Source of the DNA: Eledone cirrhosa | Lineage: Eukaryota | Assembly (NCBI GenBank): GCA_964016885.1 | Contig: OZ024746.1 | Coordinates: 5,704,001 to 5,768,000, forward strand | Reading direction: 5' to 3' | DNA length: 64,000 bases | Part shown: positions 30,115 to 44,224 of the stretch, in pieces | Position numbering within the stretch: the stretch's first letter is position 1 | How the letters are laid out: each line of letters starts with the position of its first letter | Notes under the pieces: generated by a model | Seen by the model: only the letters and a program-made list of their open reading frames with translations | The model's database searches: none | What the model was told of the DNA's origin: nothing | Position numbers and translations under genes: made by a program

Positions 30115-32199
30115 ACATGAACCATATTAACATATACTATCTTATGGTTTTGTAAAAATAATCTACTGTATAGACATGCTGTTCTGAAGAAACTAAAGAC
30201 TAAACCAAGAAATCTTAGCTGGGGCATTAAAGGTTTAAACGATACTATCCTTACTCCCAAAGATGATATCCTTGAACGCTGGGCTAATATCTCATGTTGA
30301 TGCGCAGTCTGCAACTGGCACAGTGTCTAGAGAGAACCTTGGGATTAGTTTGTTGTCAGTTGCTTTAAAGACGTGATCACATGCGTTTAGTTTTACCTGA
30401 AATATACAACCATTACTAACCATTGCGACATCAAAATACGTGAAATTTTAAGTGCTTTTATATAATTCGAATAAAAGATCCGTACATCTAACACTGACCA
30501 GATCAATTGATTTAATATCAAAACTAGTGCTTATTTTATTAACTAGAAGAAAGTGAAAATAAAATCGACATTGGCAGAATTTGAACTCATGTCATGAAGG
30601 GGTATAATAGAATACCATGTATTAACTCTGTTTCTCCTCATTTTCTACTTCTAAATACCTTTAATAAGGACAACAATATAGAACTTAATAACGTAAAATA
30701 GGTCAGAGGAGTTTCTTACGTAGTGGACTGCAGTTTCTTACGTAGTGGACTGCAAATGAAATATAGTGACATTGTTCGTGCTATAATAGACTCCCACCCA
30801 TGAATATGAAATGTTTCAAAAAAGTATGAAGATTGATCATTCCAAAAGTATTTCGATGATATATACGATGCCATATAGGAGCGGTTCTGGCCTTTAAACG
30901 ATCAAGTGAAGCAAATGAATTTTCAAACTTCTTATCGGATCTCCACAGCGAAGAGTATTCTAGTCAGATGTCAAGCATAACTATATAGATATGTAGTGCT
31001 GCTAATTATGTCTATTTCAAAATAATATTACTTTTTCTGTTTGAACGTTTCAAAGTTGTGCTCTAAGTAATTTACTCTTGTATCTGTTCATATCCGTACT
31101 ACTCACCTTCGCACGTCTACTCACCTTCGCACGTCGTACCAAGCAAAGAATTAAGGAAATGCTATATATCGATTAAATCTTAATTGTACCTTTCCAAACG
31201 AATACCAAGAAATATTGTAACTAACAATAATGTTTATAATTGAAGGCATATAGTAATTTACATCACAGAAGAAATAAAGCAGTATTGAATGTATTCTTAA
31301 AAGCAATAGAAAGATGTGAAAGTTAATGATGAAATATATTTTAAAGAAATATATTATATCAAACTTATATAGGAACAAATTGTAATTGTTCACAATACAT
31401 TTCTGCAAGTAAGATATAGTGGAAAGTTTATGAATTGATCGAAATTTTCAATAGAACAATTTTTAAAGGATCAAACCTCGATAAAAGAACAAGAATATTA
31501 ATGTATTTATCAAAAGAGATGTCAAATTAAAGCTTTACGTGAAATACATTATGAATTACATCGCCATACTAAATCGAGCATTTAATCATAATTAACTTCA
31601 TTCATAGAGAGCTTCTTACGTATTAATCAATAAGCTTTGGAAATAACTATCGAAGAATATGGGGTTTCATGTTTGAATAACAACCCTTCACATTGTATTT
31701 AAACAGGGTAAAGGACAATTTATTAGTATAATCAGAGACAATGAGTTCAATCTCGCAACACGGTATAACTTGGAAAGGTATGAGAGTCCGTGCTATGGTC
31801 GTTTATAGATGATTTACATGAAAACGAAGTTTATCATAGTCAACCATAGCCCCATTTTGTAACAGCTAGATTGAAATTGTAAACACTCATTTTGAATTTC
31901 TGTTTAGCCTCAGGATGATATAATATATTCCTCTCCTATTCTATAGAAGATTTATATTTATTTAGACGATTATATTTAATAAATCACTGCTCAGGGTATA
32001 ATGAGACATCAAGGGTGTATGTAACAAGGCTTGTTCAAAATATGAAATATGATATATCGCAATCTGCCCCATCATAGCAGAGAATCAAACTTATTTCCGA
32101 TTATGAAAATATAAGAGTATCCAGTCAATTCGTCAATATAGCCATTTCTAAAAGGTTGCATTCTTACCCCTATATCAGGCTGGGAATTATAAGGGAATG

Positions 32200-32235
<36 letters not shown>

Positions 32236-32244
<9 letters not shown>

Positions 32245-33222
32245 GAAACACACAGATACATGCGGACACACACATATATACATGAATGCATCCGCACCCA
32301 ACTGTGAGTTAAGGGTGCCAACTTCACCGATGTTGCTCAATGAATGACTGGGACAGACCAATTCAGTTTGAACCAGACTGAACCAGTATCAGAGTTAAAA
32401 ATACATTATGAAGAGAGAAGAAACATTCAGATATAATTAGTAATAAAATGTATCATACCTAAACTGTTCCTAAATTCCTCGACTACGTAGTTTCGTGGCA
32501 TAAACAAAAACAATATATCAAAGATATAGAGTCCTTGCGAGGTCTGCCGACTTATCAAGAGGATACCTCATTTTACTAGTCTCAAGAACGCGTCTACACG
32601 ACGTGAGAAAGAATCCCAAAAGGCGGAGGGGGAGATAGTCACGCGTTATAACGGTCGAGAAACAGAGCTAAGCCTCTTATAACCACGAAGAAAATACCAC
32701 GGAGGCGGAGGGGGTATTCATATCGAGGCCGTTGGGTGCGGATGCATTCATGTATATATGTGTGTGTCCGCATGTATCTGTGTGTTTCTAAATATATTAA
32801 TAACTCCCTCTGGTCGAGCAATCTTTGAAGTGTGGGGACAACTGGAAAGCTTCCATTACTCATACTTCTCGCCTTCTTCACTACCTCTTCTACGGCCTCG
32901 ATATGAATACCCCCTCCGCCTCCGTGGTATTTTCTTCGTGGTTATAAGAGGCTTAGCTCTGTTTCTCGACCGTTATAACGCGTGACTATCTCCCCCTCCG
33001 CCTTTTGGGATTCATTCTCACGTCGTGTAGACGCGTTCTTGAGACTAGTAAAATGAGGTATCCTCTTGATAAGTCGGCAGACCTCGCAAGGACTCTATAT
33101 CTTTGATATATTGTTTTTGTTTATGCCACGAAACTACGTAGTCGAGGAATTTAGGAACAGTTTAGGTATGATACATTTTATTACTAATTATATCTGAATG
33201 TTTCTTCTCTCTTCATAATGTA
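32236..33222. mobile_element. Complex nested inversion element (A-B-A'-spacer-B') of PLE pLTR type
   Basis: 32401-32731 is the reverse complement of 32893-33222, and 32236-32302 of 32731-32797. A third partial copy lies at 43790-43983. All are bounded by (TA)n. Confidence 0.88.
33061..33148 (+). ncRNA. Hammerhead variant with U3-A8 core (also 32476-32563 minus, 43823-43910 plus)
   Basis: tcctc-TTGATAA-gtcggca...tgccac-GAAA-ctacgtag-TC-gagga. Palindromic ACTACGTAGT stem III, GUC site. Confidence 0.8.
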
Positions 33223-33239
33223 TATATATATATATATAT

Positions 33240-33475
33240 CAGGGGTGGTGGAAGCATTTCTGAATGGGTGGGGGGTATTTGGCCAATTTAGTTGAAGTGA
33301 TTAATTAGCTTAGCTCTTAGCACTCTAAAATGGTAAGAAAACATCGATATGCGATAAACAAAACATGTACATAAATTGTAGCGCATATAAATATAGATGT
33401 GTGTTTTGGTAGTTTAGGGAGAAAATATATAATTATTGGAGGGGGCGGGCATTGCCTCCAGTTCCACCGCCCCTG
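33240..33475. mobile_element. hAT-like MITE
   Basis: Terminal inverted repeats CAGGGGTGGTGGAA / TTCCACCGCCCCTG, 236 bp, non-coding, in (TA)n. Confidence 0.7.
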
Positions 33476-33497
33476 TATATATATATATATATATATA

Positions 33498-33584
<87 letters not shown>

Positions 33585-33621
33585 AGTGTGACTATATAGA
33601 CATCTATCTATATATATATAT

Positions 33622-33703
33622 ATATTCATATAATCAGTGATCCTGTGTCGATCGTTTCTGATATCTGAAACGATCGACACAGGATCACTGATTATATGAA
33701 TAT
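33622..33703. repeat. Short near-perfect hairpin containing a GAAACGATCG hammerhead 3' half
   Basis: ttcatataatcagtgatcctgtgtcgatcgtttc / gaaacgatcgacacaggatcactgattatatgaa. Confidence 0.8.
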
Positions 33704-33716
33704 ATATATATATATA

Positions 33717-36195
33717 GTTTAGCGAGGTTTTTTATATGAAATCGTGTGTCGAAACAAATATTGTTATACTTGGGGAGGGTCATATTTGTGTAATATGTCG
33801 ACGACCCGACAACAGGACCACCAACAAGACCCGTATGCGGAGCTAATATAGCTAGCAACTACAGGATCTCCTACTTCCTCTCAATGGTTATATGCCCCAT
33901 AATCAAGATGTCCCCAGATGTATGTGAAAGTACAGAGGACCTCCTCAGCAGAATCAGTGAGTGCAACAAAAACAGGAGCCTATCCAACTGCATAATAGGC
34001 AGCATGGATGTGGTGTCACTGTACCCATCCATTAACATTGATTTTGCTGTGAAAAGATGTGTGGAGATGATCATTGAGAGTGAGGTGGAGTTCTGCGACG
34101 TCGACACAGACGAACTGGGCCTCCTACTTAGACTTACCTACGACACTGACTACCTAGACAGCCATGACCTTAGACGTTTCTGCCCCAGTAGACCCATAAG
34201 GGGTAGACACCCCCCACCATAACCTCAATGGCAAAAAAGACTCCCATGGGAAGGTGGATTGGGTGGACCAAAGCTCTACGGACCCCCCCAAAACAATGAT
34301 CAGGTAAGAAAAATGGTCGCACATGCAATAGGGGCTAGTATCAAAACTACCCTAAAGGGCCACATATTTAAGTTCAATGAGAAAATCTACACCCAAAATG
34401 AGGGATCAGCCATCGGCGTCAGCATAGCTGGTGATGTTGCCAACCTTTTCATGGTATGGTGGGAAAGGAGACTTAAAGATCTCCTTAATGAAAGCTCCAT
34501 AGACCTCATCATGTACTCTCGTTATGTAGACGATATCAATATAGTTATAAGAACACCCCCACTAGAGAGCACTAACAAGTTTGATTTAGAACGTAGCACG
34601 ATGGAAAGCATCCAGCAGATAGCTAATTCCATACACCAGAGTATAACTGTAACTATCGACTTCCCTTCCAAACACCCTAACAATAGACTACCTGTATTAG
34701 ACACAGAACTCTGGATTAACACTATAGACGAGAGAGCCCAAATTCTCCACTCACACTATGCTAAACCCATGGCCTCCAAATACCTGATACTCAAAAACTC
34801 AGCAATGTCCAGTAGTGCTAAGTTTAATATTCTGATCGCAGATTTGGTACGAGTGATGAAGAATGTGTCCAGCATGTGCGACCCAACAGAAATGGAAAGA
34901 CACATCCAACACTTCATCAACCGCATGCAGTTCTCTGGCTACAACCAAAGAGACAGAGTCAGAGTATACGAAGGAGCCATGGAAAAGTATACGACCCTCA
35001 TAGAACTGGACATGAAAGGAATTTGCCCATTATACAGGAGCAAATCATGGAATAGCTTAGATAGGGCTAGACATAAGATAGGGAATGCCACATCATGGTA
35101 CGACAACCAGAGATACCAGAGTGTCATGTTTGTGGACGCCACCTCTGGAGGGAAATTAGCTAACCAGTGTAGAAAGGCCCTGAGAAAGACCCACTTAAAA
35201 ATAAAGGTGGTAGAAAAGCCAGGAACCACCATAAAATCCCTGATCAGCAAAACATACCCTTTTAAGAAAACCCACTGTACCAATAGGAAATGTATCATAT
35301 GTAAGGTGACCCCCGGATAAACTGTAAAACTAGAAACGTAGTCTATAGCATAAGATGTACAGAGGGTACTTGCAGAAACATGACAACAACATACATAGGT
35401 GAGACAGCTCGTAGCATAGGTGAAAGGATAGACCAACACTGGGGGGAACTAAAAGGACGAAAAAACGGGTCAGTACTATACGAACATGCTAGACAACAAC
35501 ATGACGGTAACATAGACAACATAGAAATTAGAATAATATCTAAACATATGAATGACCCAGCAGATAGGCAAATCAGAGAGGCCAGTGAAATAGAAATTAG
35601 AAGACCAAAGCTAAACAGAATGAATGAGTGGAACAACAACAACACCCAAACAAACAACACTGACCTAAGAGAAGTATAAATAAGTAAATAAAATAAAATA
35701 AAATAAGATAAATAAATACATACACAAGCACAATAACAACAAGCATATAAACACACACTAGTCACCCAGCAAACACAACACTATACACACTAGTCACACA
35801 GCAAACATAACACTATACACACACGCAAACGCATGCGCAAAGAAGACAAAATAAAGTAAACAAACAAGCAAATAAATAAATATATAGACAGACTGAATAA
35901 AAAATGGCGTAGACATACAACACAACAGGAGGAAAAATATAACACCACTGACGATGTTGCAGATGTGCAACGAAAGATTTATGTAAATTATGTAAACTAT
36001 ATATGTGTTTGTGTCTATATTGTATCTGTATTATTTTTGACCGTCGGTCAGTCAATGGCAACATTGAGGACCGAGTAAGTTAGATCGCAGATATAAAAGA
36101 CAGCGAGAAGCGAAAACCAGCCAAACAGTGAGTGTGTTCTGTTATTAATTCTGGCAATATTACACAAATATGACCCTCCCAAAGTATAACAATAT
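33717..36195 (+). mobile_element. Penelope-like retroelement (RT + C-terminal GIY-YIG endonuclease), 5'-truncated, with inverted pseudo-LTR, inserted in (TA)n
   Basis: RT motifs GPPTRPVCGA, GSMDVVSLYPSI, GSAIGVSIAGDVANLFM, RYVDD, LPVLD. CX4CX2C linker, then NVVYSIRC...YIGETAR. 33717-33796 contains the reverse complement of the 3' end plus a ~40-nt extension. TA repeats on both sides. Confidence 0.95.
33797..35679 (+). pseudogene. Penelope-like RT-GIY-YIG ORF with three frameshifts
   Basis: ORFs 33884-34222, 34259-35320 and 35380-35679 join into one RT-EN protein if indels at C-runs near 34210, 34285 and 35312 are corrected. Confidence 0.9.
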
Positions 36196-36257
36196 ATATA
36201 TATATATATATATATAGATGTCTATATAGTCACACTGACGCACACACACACACACAC

Positions 36258-36381
<124 letters not shown>

Positions 36382-36732
36382 CGTAGTTCTGTAGAGTTAG
36401 AAACTTACATAAAGTTTGATAGACTTGTAAGTTGACAAAGATTACCTAGCAATTATTTGAATTCATATTACTTATTAAAGGAAACGTATTTCTAAATTTT
36501 GCTAGGAATAAAATATTGTTATTAAATAGAGAAAATGAATGATACCAGACTGTAAATGACAAGAGAAGATCTGTAGACTGTATTCAATGAAGTGAGCGAC
36601 AATTATTGAAAAAATATCAATATACAGAAATATAATCTTACCTGAGTAAATATTACTCAATAATTGAAATACTGCTTCTTCTCCATTTACATTCCCCGCA
36701 AAGAGATACTTTGTAATATATTATTTTAAAAG

Positions 36733-36770
<38 letters not shown>

Positions 36771-37033
36771 TTGTGTATAATGGTAGCTATGGTGCTTCCA
36801 TAGGCGGTATGCCAAAATTAGCACTCGATATTCATACAGAGCAGAGTGTGTATAGTATAAAAAAACTAAAAATCAGTGATGCATCTGAACCCAGTTTATT
36901 GCGTGTTACAATTGTTTCGCCGGCAGGTAGCTCGAGACATGATCACTGTATGGATCTGGGTGATTCTACGGCTGCAGGTTCCTTCGGACACGGGTAGTTC
37001 GTTCGGAGCAAATTTTCTAACGGTGAGATAATG

Positions 37034-37092
<59 letters not shown>

Positions 37093-37093
<1 letters not shown>

Positions 37094-37440
37094 ACACGAG
37101 AATGCTTAGGATGGTTCTGAACATTAATCAGTATACACTGAGGATGAAAAACTCACCGCTGTACAGGAGCATCCCAAAAGTCAGCTCAAAAGTGACATAG
37201 AGGAGACTGAGGTTAGCTGGACATGCTCACCGACATCCAGAGTTGACATTGCACTCAGTGCTCCTGTGGAAGCCCCTACATGGACACACTAGAAGTGGAA
37301 GACCAAGGTTAACGTATGTTGATGCCTTAAGGACAGACACTGGTCTGTTGGAAACGCAGGACATGGCAGCGATAATGAGGGACAGAGACCGCTGGAGAGA
37401 ACTCGTCCATGGATCTCGGGAATTTTACCCGCCTTAGATA
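37093..37440 (+). mobile_element. RTE-clade LINE 3' fragment
   Basis: YTRMLR...RRLRLAGHAHRH...LLWKP.HG..GRPRLTYVD...DRDRWR, the typical RTE C-terminus. In (TA)n. Confidence 0.85.
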
Positions 37441-37460
37441 TCTATATATATATATATATA

Positions 37461-37885
37461 TTGGTAAACGGAATAGAAAATGCTGACAAATGTTCACAGT
37501 TGAAAAATGGTTTAATTAGGAATAAAAGAGTATTAGTGATTGTATGGGTTAGTATTCAGTTGTGGTTTTAGGTTTTTAAGTTTTTACCGGTTGCGCATTT
37601 CTAAATGCTTTTCAAAAATAATTTTGAGATAGAGTGTCCGTGTTGTTTGCTCTGATCAGAGCAAACAACACGGACACTCTATCTCAAAATTATTTTTGAA
37701 AAGCATTTAGAAATGCGCAACCGGTAAAAACTTAAAAACCTAAAACCACAACTGAATACTAACCCATACAATCACTAATACTCTTTTATTCCTAATTAAA
37801 CCATTTTTCAACTGTGAACATTTGTCAGCATTTTCTATTCCGTTTACCAATATATAATAACTTGTGTGTTACACCTCTATTCTTT

Positions 37886-37889
<4 letters not shown>
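37461..37889. mobile_element. Perfect 390-bp palindrome (195-bp arms, centre 37655/37656) + ~35-nt tail
   Basis: Exact mirror symmetry around tctga|tcaga, flanked by (TA)n. Confidence 0.92.
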
Positions 37890-37956
<67 letters not shown>

Positions 37957-37960
<4 letters not shown>

Positions 37961-39249
37961 AAGGAAGTGTGGTAAGGAGCCAGGTGGACCATAACGCACC
38001 AGAGTAGAGTACTCGATACTTTGGGTAGTAGAGTGGTTAATAGGAAAAGAGTCAGGACGGCTATTTCCAGAAATAGCCGTCGATACGGCTCGAGCTCTGC
38101 CGTCGTCGACCTGACTATTTTCCTATATATATATATAGGAAAAAGAGTCAGGACCCCGACGGCAGAGCTCACCCCCGATACACCCACACCCCTTCACACA
38201 CACACACACACATCCCACTAACACCTCTACTAATACACACCCCATCCCCCCACATGACCCCATCTCACTCCACCTTTCACACCTACCCATCCTCTCCCCC
38301 TGTCCGCCGCACCTCCGCACACACAGACACACTGACTTTCTCCACCAGCCATACTCCTCTACTGCTGCTATGCCTTCACTTGCCTTGACCGTCTGACCAC
38401 TTCTCCGCACACACAGACACACAGTCCTCTCCACCTGTCATTCTCCCCTGCCTTCATCCTGCCTTGACCCTCTGACCACTTCCTGTTGCGCGCGCACCCC
38501 CACATCTCCCCTCTTCCGACCACCACAACCAACGGATTACACACCACCGGCCATTGTTCCAACTATCCACACCATAACATGGAAAATATCCGGCACTCTT
38601 CACACCCTCTATGGTGCTACCTTAGGAACTTACCCACGGACATACACTCACAATTTTTTTCGAACCACCCCACCTACACCCACAAAACGTATAAACACCA
38701 ACACACACGTGCGTACCTCGACATATATACACACTCAGCCACCGGAATCCACTCACCCCTCCCCACCCCTCTGACCCCATCTCCATCCACACGCACACAC
38801 ACACACAGACCTACACCCCACCCACGACACGTTTTCCTGAACATGGAACCCCGTTCTTCCCCAACTCTCACATTCACATACACACACACACACACGTAAA
38901 CCTACACACATACACAAACACCACCTTCAGCCCTCCCCGCTCGAACACCCCACCCCCCTCCCCCCACTCCGCCCGCCACCACCCCTACACGCCCCACATC
39001 CTTCCACCACTTGTATATCTTCATGTTTATTTTTATTTTTATTTGTACCCCTTCCACCGGCGCCCCTTTTTTGTAAATGTCTCTCCTCCACTCCCTCACA
39101 CACCCTCGGAACTCTCTCCCCACCCACTTTTCTCCTGAAGAAGGGCTTATGCCTGAAACGTCGTTCCCCACCCCCCACCCTCAAGAGCGGGAAACTAATA
39201 AACCTTTGTTTGTACTGCCTCTCTGTTTTGTTCCCGTTCCATTTTTCAC

Positions 39250-39250
<1 letters not shown>
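37957..39250. mobile_element. PLE-type remnant cluster: small fold-back (37957-38125) plus C-rich 3' region with a CTGAAGA..GAAACGTC motif at 39135-39162
   Basis: 37957-38125 is related to 62899-63098. The 39160-39250 end is repeated inverted at 59383-59478. Confidence 0.65.
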
Positions 39251-39304
<54 letters not shown>

Positions 39305-40584
39305 TATATACATATATATATAATATATATATATACATATATATATTAGTATTGTAACTCAGAAGCGGACTTGAGCTTACTACTACTACCTATAAGACAC
39401 CTACACACCTGTAAGCCACTCTCCCAAAACCAATACATTAATATATTAAAAGACTTCTCTAGTCATGTCAAAGTGGAGACATGCACTCAATTAGTGGTGG
39501 AAATATAACAAGTGTATGACGTTAGTGTAAGTTTCAGGTGCCGTAACATTAATTGATTATACTTTATATACCGTGGTTGGCTCTTTTAAAGATTAATAGA
39601 CACATAATTGAGGTAGGGTAGTGATAACATTGCTAATGGATTGGTGACAGTTTAGCAATTTATGAGATTACAGATGTATTTCATTGTATTTACTTTGATC
39701 TTAATGATAAGAACTTAAATCTCTCAGAAAATATTCAGTCAACATTTGAAATAAATCTTTGATATTTTATTTGCCTCATCTCTAAAGTATGGAAGAGAGG
39801 AATCGTAAGGTATATCATCGTTTAATCAATTTGTGCTTTTATGAAATATTATGTTACGTACTCTACAAAGCAACAGGAATAGTAAAAGGAATCGTGAACG
39901 ACAAATTAGTAGATTCACCGTATCTTTACTTCATCATCACAATAAATATGCGTCAACTCAGAGATTAAACTAATATTTTCCCAATTGTCCTTTGTTTTAC
40001 AATGATAACAGGACGTTAGTGCCTATCACCCACTACGATTCCCCTATAACCTAGGGTTATTCGTGAGAAATCATCAGGAAGCTGATTGTCCAAGTAATAT
40101 GGTGTATTTAAGACTATTCAACAGAATTCGTAATATAATTGGCTTGTCTCCCCACAGCCCCGGCGGACAGGTTGATGAACTAGCTACATTCATTGATACT
40201 AGATGTTTTTGACTGAGACAGTGTTATTTGTTGGTACTACATGATTATAAGGTAGCCAGCAATAGGGGACCAACCTTATTAATCTATACATGTGATTTAT
40301 TTGGTAATAAATCAAACGCTAAACATAAGATTTCTATATTTACAATGCCGTCTTGGGTTAGCCTGTGGTACCGTCCCTTATACCTAGGTTGAGCTGTTAA
40401 GGTGGATGTGTTTCAAATAGAGAACTGGTAACATGCCGTCCGGCACAACTGAATGTCAACCCCAATACTCCAGCAGGGGGTATGGGTGCCCCTGAAACGG
40501 CTACATACATGTATCAGCTGATTCAATGCAGCCATGCATCACTGGGGACTGTGGCCATTATCAACCTGTCTCCCCGCTTTTTCT

Positions 40585-40960
40585 CTATTAAATTTAGGAG
40601 CTATGAGTTAATAATGGTATTTATGTAAATACGTATGTGTATTTAAAATATTGCAGCGATTAAAACTTTGAAAATTGAATTAGAATCTTTCTCTGTAGAA
40701 ATCAGTCAAATAATATGGTAAATAAGTTCCCTATTACACTGAGAATGGCCATTAACAGCCGAGGATATTGAACCCACTCCTTTGTTAGGATAAGTGTGCT
40801 ACAGCGAAATGCTTCCCTTTATGTGGCTTATATAATCTGTTATCAAAATATGGCGAAGACTTCTAATTCAATTTTCAAATTTTTAAATGCCGCAGTACGC
40901 TAAACACACGTGCTTATTTACATACATACCGCTATTTAATTCACAGTTTCTATATATTAG
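40585..40960. mobile_element. Old MITE-like element with ~100-bp degenerate inverted arms
   Basis: tttgaaaattgaattagaatctt / aagacttctaattcaattttcaaa, with outward similarity. Confidence 0.55.
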
Positions 40961-41080
40961 AATTTAATTCTATATATTGTGGGGAAAACTGGGTGTGCAG
41001 TTTGGTGTATTCGCCAAGTTAAGTTTTCGTTTCAGTATTTACTCAAACCGTTTTCACAGGAATTATTCTTTATTCTCAAG

Positions 41081-41141
<61 letters not shown>

Positions 41142-41200
41142 AAGAGTGAAGAATAACATGGTCGGCTGGTCGGCTGTACAAAACGATAACTTGTTATCCC

Positions 41201-41288
<88 letters not shown>

Positions 41289-41579
41289 TGTGTGTGCGCA
41301 TGTATGTATATACCTCCTCTCTGAGGAGGGATCACATGTCACTACATATGTAAGTCAAATAATTAATGTATTACTTGTGAAGCCATGGTGATTAGTTGTG
41401 TTATATATTCTCTGTGATTTACAATTCTACGATGGCTGCAGGTTTGTTGACTGGATCTATCTCTCAACTGTCTTTCGCTAATCTGGGTATTGAATAAAAT
41501 CGCATCACAGCTTTGAGTATCTGAATGACGTACGGCTGTATCATCAACACATATAATTTATGTGTATGCACCGACCTAC

Positions 41580-41629
<50 letters not shown>

Positions 41630-42269
41630 ATATATATATGTGTGTGTGTGTGTGTTGGTGTGTGTGTATGTGTAAACATGTATGTACGTACGGTATGCAC
41701 ACGCAAGGAGAAGAGAATACTCAATATGAGTTTGTAAGTGTTATCATATCTATTGAACGTTGAATACGTTAGTAATTAGAGTGACTTTCACGTCAGTGAT
41801 GTTCGGACAGCGGCAGTGGAGGCTATAATATGAACTGGCAGGAATTTGTAGTTTCCTGACGAAGAACACACAATTCTTCACAGGAAAATGACATTAAAAC
41901 AGCAACAAAAATGAATCGAAAAGAAAATACTAAATAAATTAAATAGATTGGTGTAAAATAGAATATCTTCTCCCTATAAAGAAAGAAAAAGAATTCAGTT
42001 TTACACCACTATTAAAAATATTTTACCAAATCTATCACTTTTTTCTCACTTAATTATTGAATAGTTAGCACGGTTATCTCTTGTCTTATCTCATTTACGT
42101 GATGCTATTTAGTTATTCATCACTCATCCGTATCAAGGCATTGATTCAAGCAAATTCCTTAAATCATTCATTCATTTTATAATTGTAACTCTCTTGCATT
42201 CCATCAATGTTTATTTGAACGGATATTCATAAAGATGAATATGCATGACGGCATGTCTTTAATGTATGC

Positions 42270-42362
<93 letters not shown>

Positions 42363-42381
42363 TAGGCTAAATCTATATTTA

Positions 42382-42885
42382 TATAATTGTTTCTACTTTT
42401 TGGCACAAGGCCAGCAATTACCCAGTGCATTACTGGTACTTTATTTTATCGACCCCGTAAGGATGAAAGGCAAAGTTAACCTCGGCGGTATTTGAACTCA
42501 GAATGGCAAGGGCCGTAACTCTATGCATCAAAGCATGGCGTCCGACCCTCTACCGATACTGCCAATCCACCGCCTATATATATATAATGATTATTGTTTT
42601 AGTTACTTTAGAAAATCCTGATTTGATTCTTTATATGAGTGAGTACAGTTATCATTATCATTATATGTATGAGGGCGGTGGAGTGGCAGAATCGGTAGAG
42701 GGTCGGACGCCATGCTTTGAGTTAAACGCCTTTACGTTCATAGTTCAAATCCCGCCAAGGTTAACTTGTCTTTCATCCTTACGGAGTTGATAAAATAAAG
42801 TACCAGTGACGTACTGGTGTCGATTTAATCGACTTTACCCTCCCCCCAAATTGCTGGCCTTGTGCCTATAGTAGAAATCATTATC
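42382..42885. mobile_element. Head-to-head pair of tRNA-derived SINEs (42382-42576 minus, 42672-42885 plus)
   Basis: Full family sequence in both orientations. Confidence 0.85.
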
Positions 42886-42956
42886 ATCATATGTATATAC
42901 ATGATACTGGTTGATACTAGCTATATGAAAAAGATGTTTTTGTATGTCGCTTGAAT

Positions 42957-43018
<62 letters not shown>

Positions 43019-43979
43019 TATTTACGTATCAAGAGAGAGAAAAAAAGGAAGGATAGGTGATACATGTAGTTATTTTCCAAATAGCGTATGCAGAAGGTGC
43101 TCAATACTAGTGACGGCAGTATTAAATATTAGAAGTGTTAATATTTAGTGGGCGAGAGTAGGTATTAACGGTCTGTTCTCCGATTTCTTACTTTTCCACG
43201 TATATATATATATATACATACATTTGGATATTCATAAAAATAATAGTTTATACCAACCCATAAAGTTTATACATTTACTTGAGATTCCCACACCAGGGAA
43301 CTATTACTTCGATTTTCCAGTTCCTTGAGAAAAGTGAACTCATAATACCAACAATAATCTGTCACAATTGTGTTGTACAACAGAATATTGATTTATTAGA
43401 ACGGCGCACGTTTCCAATTGAATACGGTTTAATGGGATAAAAAGAGACGGGATATTAAGATAATGATGCTGCTTTGTAACAACCATGGCCAAGTCGGTAT
43501 AAATAATTATGAAATGTTAGTTCATCGATGGCTGAAGTACAATTGCAGTGCACTTAAATGACTATATGATATTATATTTACAATGCGGGTGTTTATAGCT
43601 TAATTAGTGCCTCAGAACCATTTCATACATGCACACATACATAAACACACATACCTATATATATATATTAGTATTGGTGCTCTGAAATAGCGATGTATAT
43701 ATGAATATATGTACAGTATATTTGGCAATATACTGTATGTTTAATTAAAAACATTTAGAAGACCATTCGCTATGAGTTTTATATATATATAGACGCGTTC
43801 TTGAGACTAGTAAAATGAGGTATCCTCTTGATAAGTCGGCAGACCTCGCAAGGACTCTATATCTTTGATATATTGTTTTTGTTTATGCCACGAAACTACG
43901 TAGTCGAGGAATTTAGGAGCAGTTTAGGTATGATACATTTTATTACTAATTATATCTAAATGTTTCTTCTCTCTTCATA

Positions 43980-44012
<33 letters not shown>

Positions 44013-44224
44013 TAGATATATATATAGATAGATATATACACACAAATGAATTGTGTCCACAGGCTACCAAGATGAATACTCGATGCTCGTGGGGAGCATC
44101 ACTACCACTACCACTACTACCACTACCACCACTATTACCATAACTACCACTACCACCACTACCACTACTACTACTGCCAACACTACCACTACTACCACTA
44201 CTACTATCACCACTACCACTTTTA

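Noticed and set aside
41318-41345. CTGAGGA as a hammerhead core
   Set aside because: No downstream stem II/GAAA arrangement.
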